A stretch of DNA of 64,000 nucleotides from Myxococcota bacterium. GTDB taxonomy: Bacteria; Myxococcota_A; UBA796; UBA2385. The notes beneath the pieces are model-generated. The model was given only the letters and a program-made list of their open reading frames with translations, was not told where the DNA came from and did not search any database. Numbering within the stretch: the first letter of the stretch is position 1; each line of letters opens with the position of its first letter. The DNA lies in assembly GCA_044344255.1 (NCBI GenBank), contig JBIJDH010000004.1, positions 1 to 64,000 of the forward strand, in the 5' to 3' direction. A program made the translations under genes and the position numbers. Below are positions 47,515 through 57,015 of the stretch, piece by piece.

Positions 47515-48893
47515 GCCTACTCTCGACGCTTCAGATCGGCCGTACGGGCCTCTCGGTCGCCTCCGCCGGCGTCTCGGTGGTGGGCCACAACGTGGCCAAC
47601 GCGAGCACGGAGGGCTTCACCCGTCGGCGCCTTGAGGTCGGCACCTCTGACCCCGTCCTTCGGAAGGGGCTGTACTTCGGCCAGGGGGCGCGGACCCAGG
47701 GCATCACCCGCGTCACCGACCGCCTGGTCGAAGAGCGGCTGGTCAAGGCCACGGGTCAGCGCTCCCGCTCCGGCGCCGCGTTTGACACGCTCAGCGCGCT
47801 GGAGGGCGTCGCGTTCGACGAGACCAGCGGCACCGCCACCAACGACGACCTGCGGGAATTCTTCGACAAGCTGCAGGCCCTCTCCCGCGATCCCAGCGAT
47901 CCATCGCTGCGTCGGGAGGCGCTCTCGGTCGCGCTTCGCCTCACCGACGGTCTCAACGACACCGCCCAGGCCATGACCCGCACCATCGACGACGTCGTGG
48001 AAGAGCTGCAGGGCACCCTCGCGGACATTCAGGCGAAGGTCGATCAGATCGCCGCCCTGAACGACAAGATGGTCTCGGGAGGTCCGCAAGGCGCGGCCGA
48101 CTACGCCGATCAACGCGACCAGCTCATCACCGAGGTCGCGGACAAGATCGGGGTGCAGGTCGACTATTCACCGGATGGTCAGGCGACGTTGTTCATCGGG
48201 GGCCACGCCCTCGTGAGCGGCGGGGCTGCACGTCAGCTCGACGTCAGCTTGACGGGCGCCGGCCTCCCGGTGGTGACGATGTCCGCTGACTCCGGGGTCA
48301 TCAACGTGACGTCGATGCTCGGGGGCCGCTGGGGCGGGCTGAACGACGCCGTGACCGTGACCGCCTCCGCCCAGGCGGAGCTTGACTCCTTCACCAACGA
48401 CTTCGCGACGGCCTTCAACACCCAGCATCAGGCGGGTTTTGACACCACGGGTGCGGCCGGCATCCCCTTCTTCACCTTCTCGGTGCCGGGGGAGGCCGCC
48501 TCCATCACGGTGGATCCCTCCATCATCGCCAACGAAGGCCTCTTCGCCCTCGCGGGCGCCGCGACGGCCGCCGCGGGCGACGGAGACAACCTCACGGCGC
48601 TCGTGGGCCTGGAAGATCAAGCGATCATCGCGGGCCTGACGCTGACCCCGAACGCCGGGCTGGCGCAGGTCTACTCCACAATCGGTCGTGGGATCTCCAG
48701 CGTCGAGCTGGAGGCCAAGGGCTACGACGCGGTGGTCTCCGACCTCACGGAGCTCCGAAACTCGGTGAGCGGTGTGGACCTCGATCAGGAGGCCACCGAG
48801 CTCCTCGCCTGGCAAGCGGCCTACCAGGCCTCTTCGCGGGTGATCACCACCGCCAACGCCCTCCTGGGTGACCTCATGGACATGGTGCGCTGA
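47511..48893 (+). CDS. flgK: Hook-filament junction protein FlgK
   Basis: GHNVANASTEGFTRR, DQRDQL, SVSGVDLDQEA..L...Q.AYQAS.RV. Confidence 0.95.
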   Translation: MSLLSTLQIGRTGLSVASAGVSVVGHNVANASTEGFTRRRLEVGTSDPVLRKGLYFGQGARTQGITRVTDRLVEERLVKATGQRSRSGAAFDTLSALEGVAFDETSGTATNDDLREFFDKLQALSRDPSDPSLRREALSVALRLTDGLNDTAQAMTRTIDDVVEELQGTLADIQAKVDQIAALNDKMVSGGPQGAADYADQRDQLITEVADKIGVQVDYSPDGQATLFIGGHALVSGGAARQLDVSLTGAGLPVVTMSADSGVINVTSMLGGRWGGLNDAVTVTASAQAELDSFTNDFATAFNTQHQAGFDTTGAAGIPFFTFSVPGEAASITVDPSIIANEGLFALAGAATAAAGDGDNLTALVGLEDQAIIAGLTLTPNAGLAQVYSTIGRGISSVELEAKGYDAVVSDLTELRNSVSGVDLDQEATELLAWQAAYQASSRVITTANALLGDLMDMVR

Positions 48894-49774
48894 TGAGCAT
48901 GATCCGTTCGACCTACCACGGCCGTCTCAGCGCCCTCGCCGCGGAGGTGAGCCGCAATGGCTCGACGTTGGCTCGGGCTCAGCTCGAGGCTTCGAGCGGC
49001 CTACGCTACTTCTCTCCCGCCGATGATCCGGGCATGGTCAGCCGGATCCATGCGATGCAGGCGGAGATCGAGGAGCAGAGCGTATACCAGGACAGCGCGA
49101 GCTGGGCGACCGGGATCCAAGCCACCGCGGAGGAGGCGCTCTCACACATCTCTGATCTGCTCACGCGGACGCGGGAGCTGGCCACGCAGATGTCCAGCGA
49201 GGAGAAGAACCCGCAGCAGGTGATCGAAGCCGCGCAGGAGGCGCAAGGCCTCTACGATCAGATGGTGAGCCTCGCCAACTCCACCTTTGGTGGGCGGTTT
49301 GTCTTCGCGGGGAACGCGTACGACACCCAGCCCTTCTCTACGGTGGGGGTGTACGGCGGGGACACCGGTCAGCCCTCCGTCGAGGTGGGCCAGGGGCTGC
49401 GCGCCTCGACCGGCTTCGACGGGAGCGCCATGCTTCAGGGGACCACCGACATCTTCGCGTCCGTGGCGTCCCTCGTGACCGCGCTCGGGACGGGCGTGGC
49501 GGCCAACGTCGCCCTGACGCTGGACCCCTTGAAAGACGCGCTCCAGCAGGTCACCGGCAGCCGGACCGAGGTGGGCACCCAGCTCGCCCTCGCCGAGGAC
49601 GCGGCGCAGGTCTCCGAGAGCCTCGAGGTGGAGCTCAAGTCGCAGTTTACGAACTTCGTCGAGGTGGATCAGGCCAAGAGCTACATGCGCATGGCCCAGC
49701 TCCAGACCACCTACGAGACCACCTTGCAGGTGACGGCGTCGTCTCGCTACAACCTCCTCTTTGAGCGGCTGTAG
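48893..49774 (+). CDS. flgL: Hook-filament junction protein FlgL
   Basis: SSGLRY.SPADDP, LAN...GGRFVFAG, flagellin-like C-terminal helix. Confidence 0.9.
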   Translation: MSMIRSTYHGRLSALAAEVSRNGSTLARAQLEASSGLRYFSPADDPGMVSRIHAMQAEIEEQSVYQDSASWATGIQATAEEALSHISDLLTRTRELATQMSSEEKNPQQVIEAAQEAQGLYDQMVSLANSTFGGRFVFAGNAYDTQPFSTVGVYGGDTGQPSVEVGQGLRASTGFDGSAMLQGTTDIFASVASLVTALGTGVAANVALTLDPLKDALQQVTGSRTEVGTQLALAEDAAQVSESLEVELKSQFTNFVEVDQAKSYMRMAQLQTTYETTLQVTASSRYNLLFERL

Positions 49775-49838
49775 CGGCCTCGTCGTCCGAGGCGCGTCCT
49801 CGTCGGCGGCCCGCTCATCAAAAGGTGTCACACCGACT

Positions 49839-49865
49839 TAAAGGTGGACCACTTCAGTCCGACAA
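49839..49865 (+). promoter_or_regulatory. Sigma28-type promoter of fliC
   Basis: TAAA-N15-TCCGACAA, exact canonical spacing. Confidence 0.8.
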
Positions 49866-49928
49866 GAAACACGAGGCTCGAGGGCAAGGCGCCGAAGCCT
49901 CAACTCCCCCCCAGAACAGGTGATCCCC

Positions 49929-50759
49929 ATGTCGATGACCGTCCGGACCAACGTCTCGGCCATTCAGTCCGCTGGCGTGTTGGCCAAGACCAACAAGGCC
50001 CTCAACAAGTCGCTCCTCAAGATCTCGAGCGGCAAGCGCATCAACGGCGCGGCGGACGACGCTGCCGGCCTCGGCGTGGCCACCAACCTCGAGTCGGACG
50101 CCATCTCCGTCAAGCAGGCGATGCGCAACACCAATGACGGCATCTCCGTCATCCAGACCGCTGAGAGCGCCGCCAATGAGGTGACCGACATCCTCCAGCG
50201 CGTGCGTGAGCTCGCCGTGCAGAGCGCCTCGGAGACCCTCTCCGACAACGAGCGCTCCTACATCACCGACGAGTACACCCAGCTCAAGAGCGAAATCGAC
50301 CGCATCGCCTCGGCGACCAACTTCAACGGTATCCAGCTGGCCGATGGCTCCGACACCAACCTGTCCGTGCAGGTCGGCATCACGAGCAACACCAGCACCA
50401 GCCAGATCACCATCAAGCTGGGCGACCTCACCGCGAACACCGGCCTCGGCCTCACCTCGGTGTCGCTCGCCAGCGCTACCGGCGCCCTCGCCGCCCTCGA
50501 CTCGATCGACACCGCCCTCAACTCGGTGAACTCGGTCCGCTCGAAGTTCGGCTCCGTGCAGAACCGCCTCGAGTCCTCGCTGAACAACAGCCAGGCCTAC
50601 GTGGAGGCCCTCTCCTCCGCCGCCAGCCAGATCGAGGACCTCGACTTCGCCAACGAGACGGCCAACCTCTCCAAGCTGCAGATCCTTCAGCAGTCTGGTG
50701 TGGCCGCCCTCGCCCAGGCCAAGAACATCAACCAGTCCGTCATCTCGCTCCTCCAGTAG
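49929..50759 (+). CDS. fliC: Flagellin (276 aa, D0/D1 only)
   Basis: RTNVSA, SSGKRINGAADDAAGL, RNTNDGIS.IQTAE, RSKFGSVQNRLE, D.DFA.E, ILQQSG.AALAQA. Confidence 0.97.
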   Translation: MSMTVRTNVSAIQSAGVLAKTNKALNKSLLKISSGKRINGAADDAAGLGVATNLESDAISVKQAMRNTNDGISVIQTAESAANEVTDILQRVRELAVQSASETLSDNERSYITDEYTQLKSEIDRIASATNFNGIQLADGSDTNLSVQVGITSNTSTSQITIKLGDLTANTGLGLTSVSLASATGALAALDSIDTALNSVNSVRSKFGSVQNRLESSLNNSQAYVEALSSAASQIEDLDFANETANLSKLQILQQSGVAALAQAKNINQSVISLLQ

Positions 50760-50799
50760 GCGCGGGCGGGGCCTCCCCCGGGAGGCCTCCGGACCGGCG

Positions 50800-50839
50800 G
50801 CCTCCGCGACCCCGCTTGCAGGGTCGCGGGGGTTTTTTT
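50800..50839 (+). terminator. Intrinsic terminator after fliC
   Basis: CCTCCGCGACCC-loop-GGGTCGCGGGGG followed by T7. Confidence 0.85.
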
Positions 50840-50890
50840 ATGTTAGACTCCCCGCATCGGTTCGCGCTCTTCGCGCTTTGAGAGGTCTCC

Positions 50891-52246
50891 ATGGTCGCTT
50901 CTGCCACTCGGGTCGATGGAATCGTCTCCGGGATCGACACCACCGCCCTCATCGACGCGATCGTCAAGGCATCCAGCGCGCAGAAGACGCTCGTCTCCAA
51001 GCGGGTCGATGTCTACCAGGACAAGTCCGACAAGCTCACTGAGGTCATGAGCAAGCTCGGCGACGTCCAGGACGCCTTGGAGGACATGCAGTTCTCCACC
51101 GGGTTTCTCTCGTACAAGGCCACCTATGCGGAGAACTCCGCGGTGGATGTCACGGCCGGCGCTGGCTCGGTGACGGGCACCTACGAGATCGAGGTCCAGG
51201 CGCTCGCCAAGGCCGAGGTCAACAAGAGCCAGGGCTTCGCCTCGAAGACGGACACCGGCGTGCTCTCCACGGGGACAATGGACGTCACCTACAACGGCAC
51301 GACGACCACCCTGACCCTCGACGGTTCGACCACGCTGAGCTCGCTGGCGAACGATCTCAACGAGATCGACGGCATCTCCGCCTATGTGTCCGACACCGGT
51401 GACGCCACCAACCCCTATGTGCTCGTGGTGAAGGGTTCGAACACGGGCGCTGACTACGGCATCACGCTCGACACCTCGCTGTTGTCGGGGGGCACCACCC
51501 CGACCTTCACCGAGACGACCACCGCCCAAGACGCCGAGATGACGATCGACGGCAACACGGTCACCTCGGCCTCCAACGACGTCACCGACGCCATCCCGGG
51601 GGTCACCTTCACGCTCAAGGATGAGTCGACCAGCGCGCTCACGGTCACCGTCGCGACGGACACCGACGGGATCGAAGAGAAGATCAACGCCTTCGTGGAC
51701 GCCTACAACGCGGCCATTGACTACATCCGCGAGAACCTCGACTACGACGCCGACAAGGGGATCAAGGATGCCTTCGTCGGCGAGTCGGTGATCCGCAGCG
51801 TCACCCGCGGGATGCTCTCTGAGATCGGCAAGGCGTTCACGGCGCTCGGCCAGGACTACGACTCTGTGGGCCTCGTCGGCATCAACTCGGACGGCCTCGG
51901 AAAGCTGACCTTCGACACCACCGCCTTTGAGGAGGCCTTCGCCGCGGAGCCCGATCAGGTCACCGACCTCTTCACGAGCCCGGATGGTTTCGTAAACTCG
52001 ATGCTCGACCGGCTCGACCTCTACCTCGACACCACCGATGGTAGCCTCCAGGCCCGCCAGGACACCATCGAGGCGCGCATCGAGGACATGAACGAACAGA
52101 TCGATGCCTATACTCTCCGGCAGGACAAGCTTGAGATCCGACTCCGGAAGCAGTTTGACTCCATGGAGGCGATCCTGGGGACCTTGCAGTCCACCTCGAG
52201 CTACGTCTCGACCCTGCTCGCCTCCCTGACCAACACCTCCTCCTGA
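50891..52246 (+). CDS. fliD: Flagellar filament cap FliD
   Basis: GIVSGIDT..LID.I, V..LA.A, AQDA...IDG, SN.V.DAIPGVT..L, FVDAYN, L.KQF..ME. Confidence 0.94.
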   Translation: MVASATRVDGIVSGIDTTALIDAIVKASSAQKTLVSKRVDVYQDKSDKLTEVMSKLGDVQDALEDMQFSTGFLSYKATYAENSAVDVTAGAGSVTGTYEIEVQALAKAEVNKSQGFASKTDTGVLSTGTMDVTYNGTTTTLTLDGSTTLSSLANDLNEIDGISAYVSDTGDATNPYVLVVKGSNTGADYGITLDTSLLSGGTTPTFTETTTAQDAEMTIDGNTVTSASNDVTDAIPGVTFTLKDESTSALTVTVATDTDGIEEKINAFVDAYNAAIDYIRENLDYDADKGIKDAFVGESVIRSVTRGMLSEIGKAFTALGQDYDSVGLVGINSDGLGKLTFDTTAFEEAFAAEPDQVTDLFTSPDGFVNSMLDRLDLYLDTTDGSLQARQDTIEARIEDMNEQIDAYTLRQDKLEIRLRKQFDSMEAILGTLQSTSSYVSTLLASLTNTSS

Positions 52247-52272
52247 CCCCACTCCTGATACAGGGACACCGC

Positions 52273-52641
52273 GTGTACGGCATCAACGAGTACAAGAACG
52301 TCGGCTTGAATTCGGCCTCCAATCGGGAGCTCGTGGTCCTGCTCTTCGAGGCAGCGGAGCGCCACCAGCGGTCGGCGATCGAGGCGTTGGACGAGGGGCG
52401 CCTCATCGACGGTCGAGAGAAGCTGCGGCTCACGCGCGAGATCTTCGGCGAGCTGCTCGCCGCCTTGGACCACGAGGTGGCGCCGGAGATGTCGGCCAAC
52501 CTCGCCCGCCTCTACTTGTGGATCATCTCTCGGCTCGCGCGCGGCGGATTTGAGAACAAGTCGACCGCGATCCATGAGTCCCTCCGGGTCACCACGACGA
52601 TGCGGGAGACTTGGGTGGAGGCCTTTCGGAGTGCCACCTGA
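52273..52641 (+). CDS. fliS: Flagellin chaperone FliS
   Basis: Y.N....SAS...LV.LLFE, EL.AALD.E...E...NL..LY.W, RETW. Confidence 0.9.
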   Translation: MYGINEYKNVGLNSASNRELVVLLFEAAERHQRSAIEALDEGRLIDGREKLRLTREIFGELLAALDHEVAPEMSANLARLYLWIISRLARGGFENKSTAIHESLRVTTTMRETWVEAFRSAT

Positions 52642-52942
52642 AGCGCTTGGGGTGGCTGTCCGGCTCCGATCTCTTCGGGAGGACCTTGAGCGAGGGGACA
52701 CCGTCCCGGAAGGCGCGCTGGGGCAGCTGCTCCTTGAGGTGAACGCTGGCGGCCATCGATTGACCCCGGCGGAGCTGGAGGCGGTGCGGGTGGAGCTGGA
52801 CCGGCTCACTGATCTGGTCCAGGAGATCGAGGGGGCGTTGACCGAGGAGCTGGCGCAGCTCTCGCAGCGGCGGAAGAGCATCCAAGGTTACAATCAGCTC
52901 CGGCCGATCAAAGACCGCCAGCGGCTTTCGCGGCGAGCGTAG
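52631..52942 (+). CDS. Helical hypothetical protein, FliT-like by position
   Basis: Coiled coil ending RRKSIQGY, directly after fliS. Confidence 0.5.
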   Translation: MPPEALGVAVRLRSLREDLERGDTVPEGALGQLLLEVNAGGHRLTPAELEAVRVELDRLTDLVQEIEGALTEELAQLSQRRKSIQGYNQLRPIKDRQRLSRRA

Positions 52943-53060
52943 ACGTTCGGGTGTCGCATAGCGAGGGGCCCGTCCCCCCGCGGTGGGTTAGCGTGGCCTC
53001 AAACGTGGTTAGCTGTTGAACGTCGCTCTGCGCTGGCCGAGCGGGGTGAGTGGAGCCTCG

Positions 53061-53729
53061 ATGGGGTTGAGTCTTCCCCGCTTCATCCTTGGTGTGTGTG
53101 GCGCTTTGTGCGGCCTGCTCGGCCCACCTGCCCGCGCGGCTGACTCCTACCGTGAGCCTCCGCACAGCCCGGCCGAGGCGGCGGCCCCCGACCGGGTGGA
53201 TCTCGCCATCGGCTTCATGGGTATGGGCGAGGTCTGGCAAGACGAAGCGATCATCGACCATTATCGGTCGAGCCGCTTCTCGGGCTCCGGCTTTGCGACG
53301 GTGGGGCTGTTCCCCTGGTTCGCGGTGGAGACGGAGGTTGGCTACATGCGCATGAGCAGCGACTCCGGGCGCAGCGGCGTGGCGCCTGGCTCGATGGAGG
53401 TCGTTCCCATCACCGTCTCCGGGCTGGTCCGCTCGAGCGGGCGGCGCGCAGAGGCCTTCGGTGGGGTTGGCTACGCGATGACGGTCTTCGCCGAGCGGAC
53501 CGACGTGGGAACAGTCGCGGGGATCAAGCCGGGCTTTGATGTCCGATCCGGTGTGCGCATCCACACCAACATGGTGCAGCCGACCATGGCCCCCAACGGC
53601 TCGCCCGGCCTCCGCGGGCTGGACGTCGAGCTCCTCCTCGGTCGCCGTCAGCACCACGCCTTCGGGGTAGGACAGGGGCTCGACTTCTCGGCCTGGCGGG
53701 CGGGTGTCGGTCTGGTAGCCCGGCTTTGA
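53061..53729 (+). CDS. Probable small outer-membrane beta-barrel protein
   Basis: Signal peptide ending ARA; alternating hydrophobic/Gly strands (VETEVGY, FGGVGY, LDVELLLG); terminal strand WRAGVGLVARL. Confidence 0.65.
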   Translation: MGLSLPRFILGVCGALCGLLGPPARAADSYREPPHSPAEAAAPDRVDLAIGFMGMGEVWQDEAIIDHYRSSRFSGSGFATVGLFPWFAVETEVGYMRMSSDSGRSGVAPGSMEVVPITVSGLVRSSGRRAEAFGGVGYAMTVFAERTDVGTVAGIKPGFDVRSGVRIHTNMVQPTMAPNGSPGLRGLDVELLLGRRQHHAFGVGQGLDFSAWRAGVGLVARL

Positions 53730-53766
53730 GCCGGATGGTCCTTCGCGCCGTAGACAGGAGTGTGGT

Positions 53767-55980
53767 GTGAGATCGCCGAGCGCCTTCAGGGTTGGACTGC
53801 TGTGCTGCTGCGCGCTGTGGCTATCGTTGTCGGTGTCCGATACCGCAGAGGGCGCGGGGCCCGTCCGTGCGTTGAAGGTGCAGGTGGGCCAGCGGAGCTC
53901 GATTGAGTCGATGCCCCGCGTGCGGCCCGATCTGGTGGAGCTGGTGGTCCGCGGCGCGGAGCTTGAGCTCGACTCCGTGCTGTCGGTCCCCGCCGAGCGG
54001 GGCATCCGGGACATCCGGGTCAGCCACATGGGTGGCTCGGTCTGGTTCATCCGCATCTTCCTCGCCGAGATCGACCACGACGTAGATGCTCGTGTTGACG
54101 AAGGCGTGCTGTACGTAGACGTGGTCCCTCGGAAGGTCCCACACCTCACGCCGCGGATCGCGGCGCCCAGCGTGTCGGACGTTGTCGCGGGTCGCGCGCC
54201 TCGGAGCGGCGTCCGGGGCCGGCCTCCTCCGCTCAGCTTCCTCACCGGAGACGCGATGGCCGGTGGGTTGGTCCCCCTCCGCTACCGTCCTGCCTTGGCT
54301 CCAAGCCCGACCTGGCTCCCGCGGTCGACATGGGACGCGGTCGATCGGGCCCGCTCGGCCCTCCTCACGGCCGCCACTCCAGCTGCCGCCGATCAAGCGC
54401 GGTACCGGCTCGGGATGCATTACCTCGAGCTCGGTCTCGGGCGGGAGGCTCACTACTACTTCTCGGGGATCACGCCCGAAGGTGGCTCTGTCTCGGAGGC
54501 TGATCTGCGAATGGGCGCCGCACGGGCGGCCCTCGCCACCGGCCGCTGGACGGAGGCCAGGGAGGGGTTCAGACGGGCCTTCGAGCTGGGTGGAGATGAG
54601 GCCACCGTAATCGAGGGCCTGGCAGTGGTGAGCCTCGCCACCGCAGACCCGCCGCGGGCGTCGACGGGCCGTGCCCTGGCGGCCGTCACCGGACACCCCG
54701 CGGGCCTCGTGCTCGCCGCGGAGCTGCTACAGCGAGACGGCTACATCGCGGAGAGTCGGCCGCTGCTCGAGCTCGTCGGCGATCGGCTCTCTGGCGATGA
54801 CGCCCAGCGCGCCGCCCTCCGCCTGGGGGATGCCCGCTTCGCCGATGGCAGCCTCGCCGAGGCGCGGATGGCGTGGAAGCAGGCAGAGCTCTCGATCGGC
54901 GATGTGCGTGATCAGCTCGCCGACATCGTCGGGGGGCACCCGTCGACCTGGGCGGCTGCGATCCCCTCGCTGATCGCCGCGAGCGTTCCACGGGATGACT
55001 CCGGGGCCGAGGCGCTGTTTCTGCTCTCCCAGATCGACCTTCTCGTGGGAAGCCGCGAAGACGCGATCATCGAGCTCGCGAGCGTGATCCGGCGCTTCCC
55101 TCGTAAGGTAGAGCGCTCGGACATCCTTGAACGTTTTTGGTCGATCTACTCGGAGCACGTTCAGGATCTCGCTGACCGGGAAGAGTGGTTCGACATCGCG
55201 GCCCTCCACGAGTCGGTCTGGGATCGGTCGGTCCGACGGGCGGTCAACAGCCCGGCTGTGCTCGTCAATGTCTCGCGAGCCTACGAGCGCGTGGGCCTGC
55301 CGGAGCGTGGCGCCGCCGTCCTTCGAGACGCGCTCGCGGTCTCGATCGCTCGCGGCGTGCGGGACCCGGAGCTGGTCTTCCACCTCGCCGAGCTGTACGC
55401 CGACCTTGGCGCGTGGCGGGAGGGGATGGAGACGCTGAAGTTCTTGCGCCAAGCCAAGTTTGCGCCGGAGGAGATGGCGGGCCGCCTGGAGCTGTTGGAG
55501 GCCCGGCTCGCCCTGGGGGGGGGTGATCTGGCGGGCGCGGCGGCGGCCCTCGGTCGGGCGACGAAGGACCCGCTCTCCGCCGAGGCGGCGACCTTGGAGC
55601 TCGCCTTGCTCGACGCCGAGGGCGGGCGGTGCGAGGTGGCGCGGGCCCCCTTGGAGGCCCTGCTGTTGGCCCCCGGTGGTGAGGATCGCTTTCCGCTACC
55701 CCGTCCATGGTTGGCCTTGGCCCGGTGCGCGAGCGCCCGTGGAGACCGAGAGGTGGCCGCGAAGGCGGCTGCGGTCGCCGCGGGAAAGACGACGTCAGAC
55801 GCCGAGCAGCGGTACGCGTCCTGGATGGCTGCCGACGCCGGAGGCTGGAAGGATCCGGTCGCCGTCGACCAGCTGGCCAAGGGCGACGATGTCTGGTCGC
55901 GCTTCGCTCAGGAGCAGAAGGACGCATCGGCCTTTGCAGACGAGCTCACCTTGATGCGGGCCGAGCCGTCGTACCCCTGA
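53767..55980 (+). CDS. Large exported TPR-repeat protein with an N-terminal beta-rich domain
   Basis: Signal peptide; beta-rich first ~100 aa; Pro-rich linker; TPR-like repeats (ARYRLGMHYLELG...EA, ALRLGDARFADG...EA, ALFLLSQI). Confidence 0.8.
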   Translation: MRSPSAFRVGLLCCCALWLSLSVSDTAEGAGPVRALKVQVGQRSSIESMPRVRPDLVELVVRGAELELDSVLSVPAERGIRDIRVSHMGGSVWFIRIFLAEIDHDVDARVDEGVLYVDVVPRKVPHLTPRIAAPSVSDVVAGRAPRSGVRGRPPPLSFLTGDAMAGGLVPLRYRPALAPSPTWLPRSTWDAVDRARSALLTAATPAAADQARYRLGMHYLELGLGREAHYYFSGITPEGGSVSEADLRMGAARAALATGRWTEAREGFRRAFELGGDEATVIEGLAVVSLATADPPRASTGRALAAVTGHPAGLVLAAELLQRDGYIAESRPLLELVGDRLSGDDAQRAALRLGDARFADGSLAEARMAWKQAELSIGDVRDQLADIVGGHPSTWAAAIPSLIAASVPRDDSGAEALFLLSQIDLLVGSREDAIIELASVIRRFPRKVERSDILERFWSIYSEHVQDLADREEWFDIAALHESVWDRSVRRAVNSPAVLVNVSRAYERVGLPERGAAVLRDALAVSIARGVRDPELVFHLAELYADLGAWREGMETLKFLRQAKFAPEEMAGRLELLEARLALGGGDLAGAAAALGRATKDPLSAEAATLELALLDAEGGRCEVARAPLEALLLAPGGEDRFPLPRPWLALARCASARGDREVAAKAAAVAAGKTTSDAEQRYASWMAADAGGWKDPVAVDQLAKGDDVWSRFAQEQKDASAFADELTLMRAEPSYP

Positions 55981-56170
55981 TCGGGCGCGAAGCGCGACTT
56001 GAATGCATGTGGAGATGTCGCCCCAGGCTCTCCTCCGGGCGACCCGCCTGCGTTGAACTGTCGCCACATTTGTGTGCCGGTGAGGGGTGGAGGCTCGCAA
56101 CTGCGGCTCACAGGAGGTAGACTGGTCCGCTCCCAGGCGCGATCGCGGCGCTCGGGATCAAGGGTGGTGC

Positions 56171-56581
56171 TTGAGCTCCTTCCTCTTTGACAGGCTGCAC
56201 GTGGGCGTGGGGCAGGTGCTAGACCTTCGCTCTGCGCAAAACGCGTTCTCAGCCTCAAATCTAGCGAATGCGTACACGCCTGGCTTTCGGGCTCAGTACC
56301 TGCGTTTTGACCACATCTTGGCCGCGGCCGTGGGGCGGGAGGATGAGCTGGGGATGTCGAGGACCGACCCTCGGCATGTCGGCGGGCCGGACGAAGACCC
56401 CGGGCTGCTCCCCATCGAGACCGTCGAGCCCGCCCCCTGGGTCCTCGACGGCAACTCGGTGAACCCCGAGCAAGAGCAGGTGCGCTTGACCGAGAACGCG
56501 CTGCTGTATGATGCGGTCGCGGCCGGGCTCAGCCGGCGTATTAGTCTCCTTCGTTACGCCGCGTCTGACGGCCGGCACTGA
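56171..56581 (+). CDS. flgB: Flagellar rod protein FlgB
   Basis: LDLR, ASNLANAYTPGF, T...H, DGNSV..EQE; start uncertain (56087/56171). Confidence 0.9.
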   Translation: MSSFLFDRLHVGVGQVLDLRSAQNAFSASNLANAYTPGFRAQYLRFDHILAAAVGREDELGMSRTDPRHVGGPDEDPGLLPIETVEPAPWVLDGNSVNPEQEQVRLTENALLYDAVAAGLSRRISLLRYAASDGRH

Positions 56582-56592
56582 GAGGCGCTCGG

Positions 56593-57015
56593 ATGGGGCT
56601 CATCAACACCTTCGGCATCTCCGCCAGCGGGCTCGTCGCCCAGCGGGTCCGCCTCCAGACGGTCGCCAGCAACATGGCGAACGCCCGGACCACGCGCACC
56701 CCCGAGGGGGGGCCGTACGTGCGGCAGCTCCCAGTGCTTCAAGCGGTGAGCAACGACTTCGGCTCTGAGCTCGATCGAGAGCTGTCCCGGGTGGAGGTGG
56801 CCGACGTCGTAGACTCCACCGAGCCCTTCGTGCTGGTCTACGAGCCGGGGCACCCCGACGCCGATGCGTCGGGCTACGTCCGCTTTCCCAACGTCGACGT
56901 GCTGAAGGAGATGGTTGATCTGATGACCACTTCACGGACCTATGAGGCCAACACCAACGTGGTGGACGTCACGAAGCGGCTGGCGATGGCAGCCATCGAC
57001 ATCGGGAGGGGATGA
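56593..57015 (+). CDS. flgC: Flagellar rod protein FlgC
   Basis: ISASGL.AQRVRL..VASNMANA.TTRT..GGPY, YEPGHPDAD..GYV.FPNV, SRTYEAN. Confidence 0.96.
   Translation: MGLINTFGISASGLVAQRVRLQTVASNMANARTTRTPEGGPYVRQLPVLQAVSNDFGSELDRELSRVEVADVVDSTEPFVLVYEPGHPDADASGYVRFPNVDVLKEMVDLMTTSRTYEANTNVVDVTKRLAMAAIDIGRG

Noticed and set aside
55981..56170. c-di-GMP or other riboswitch upstream of flgB
   Set aside because: No GEMM consensus elements recognisable by eye; would need an Infernal/Rfam scan
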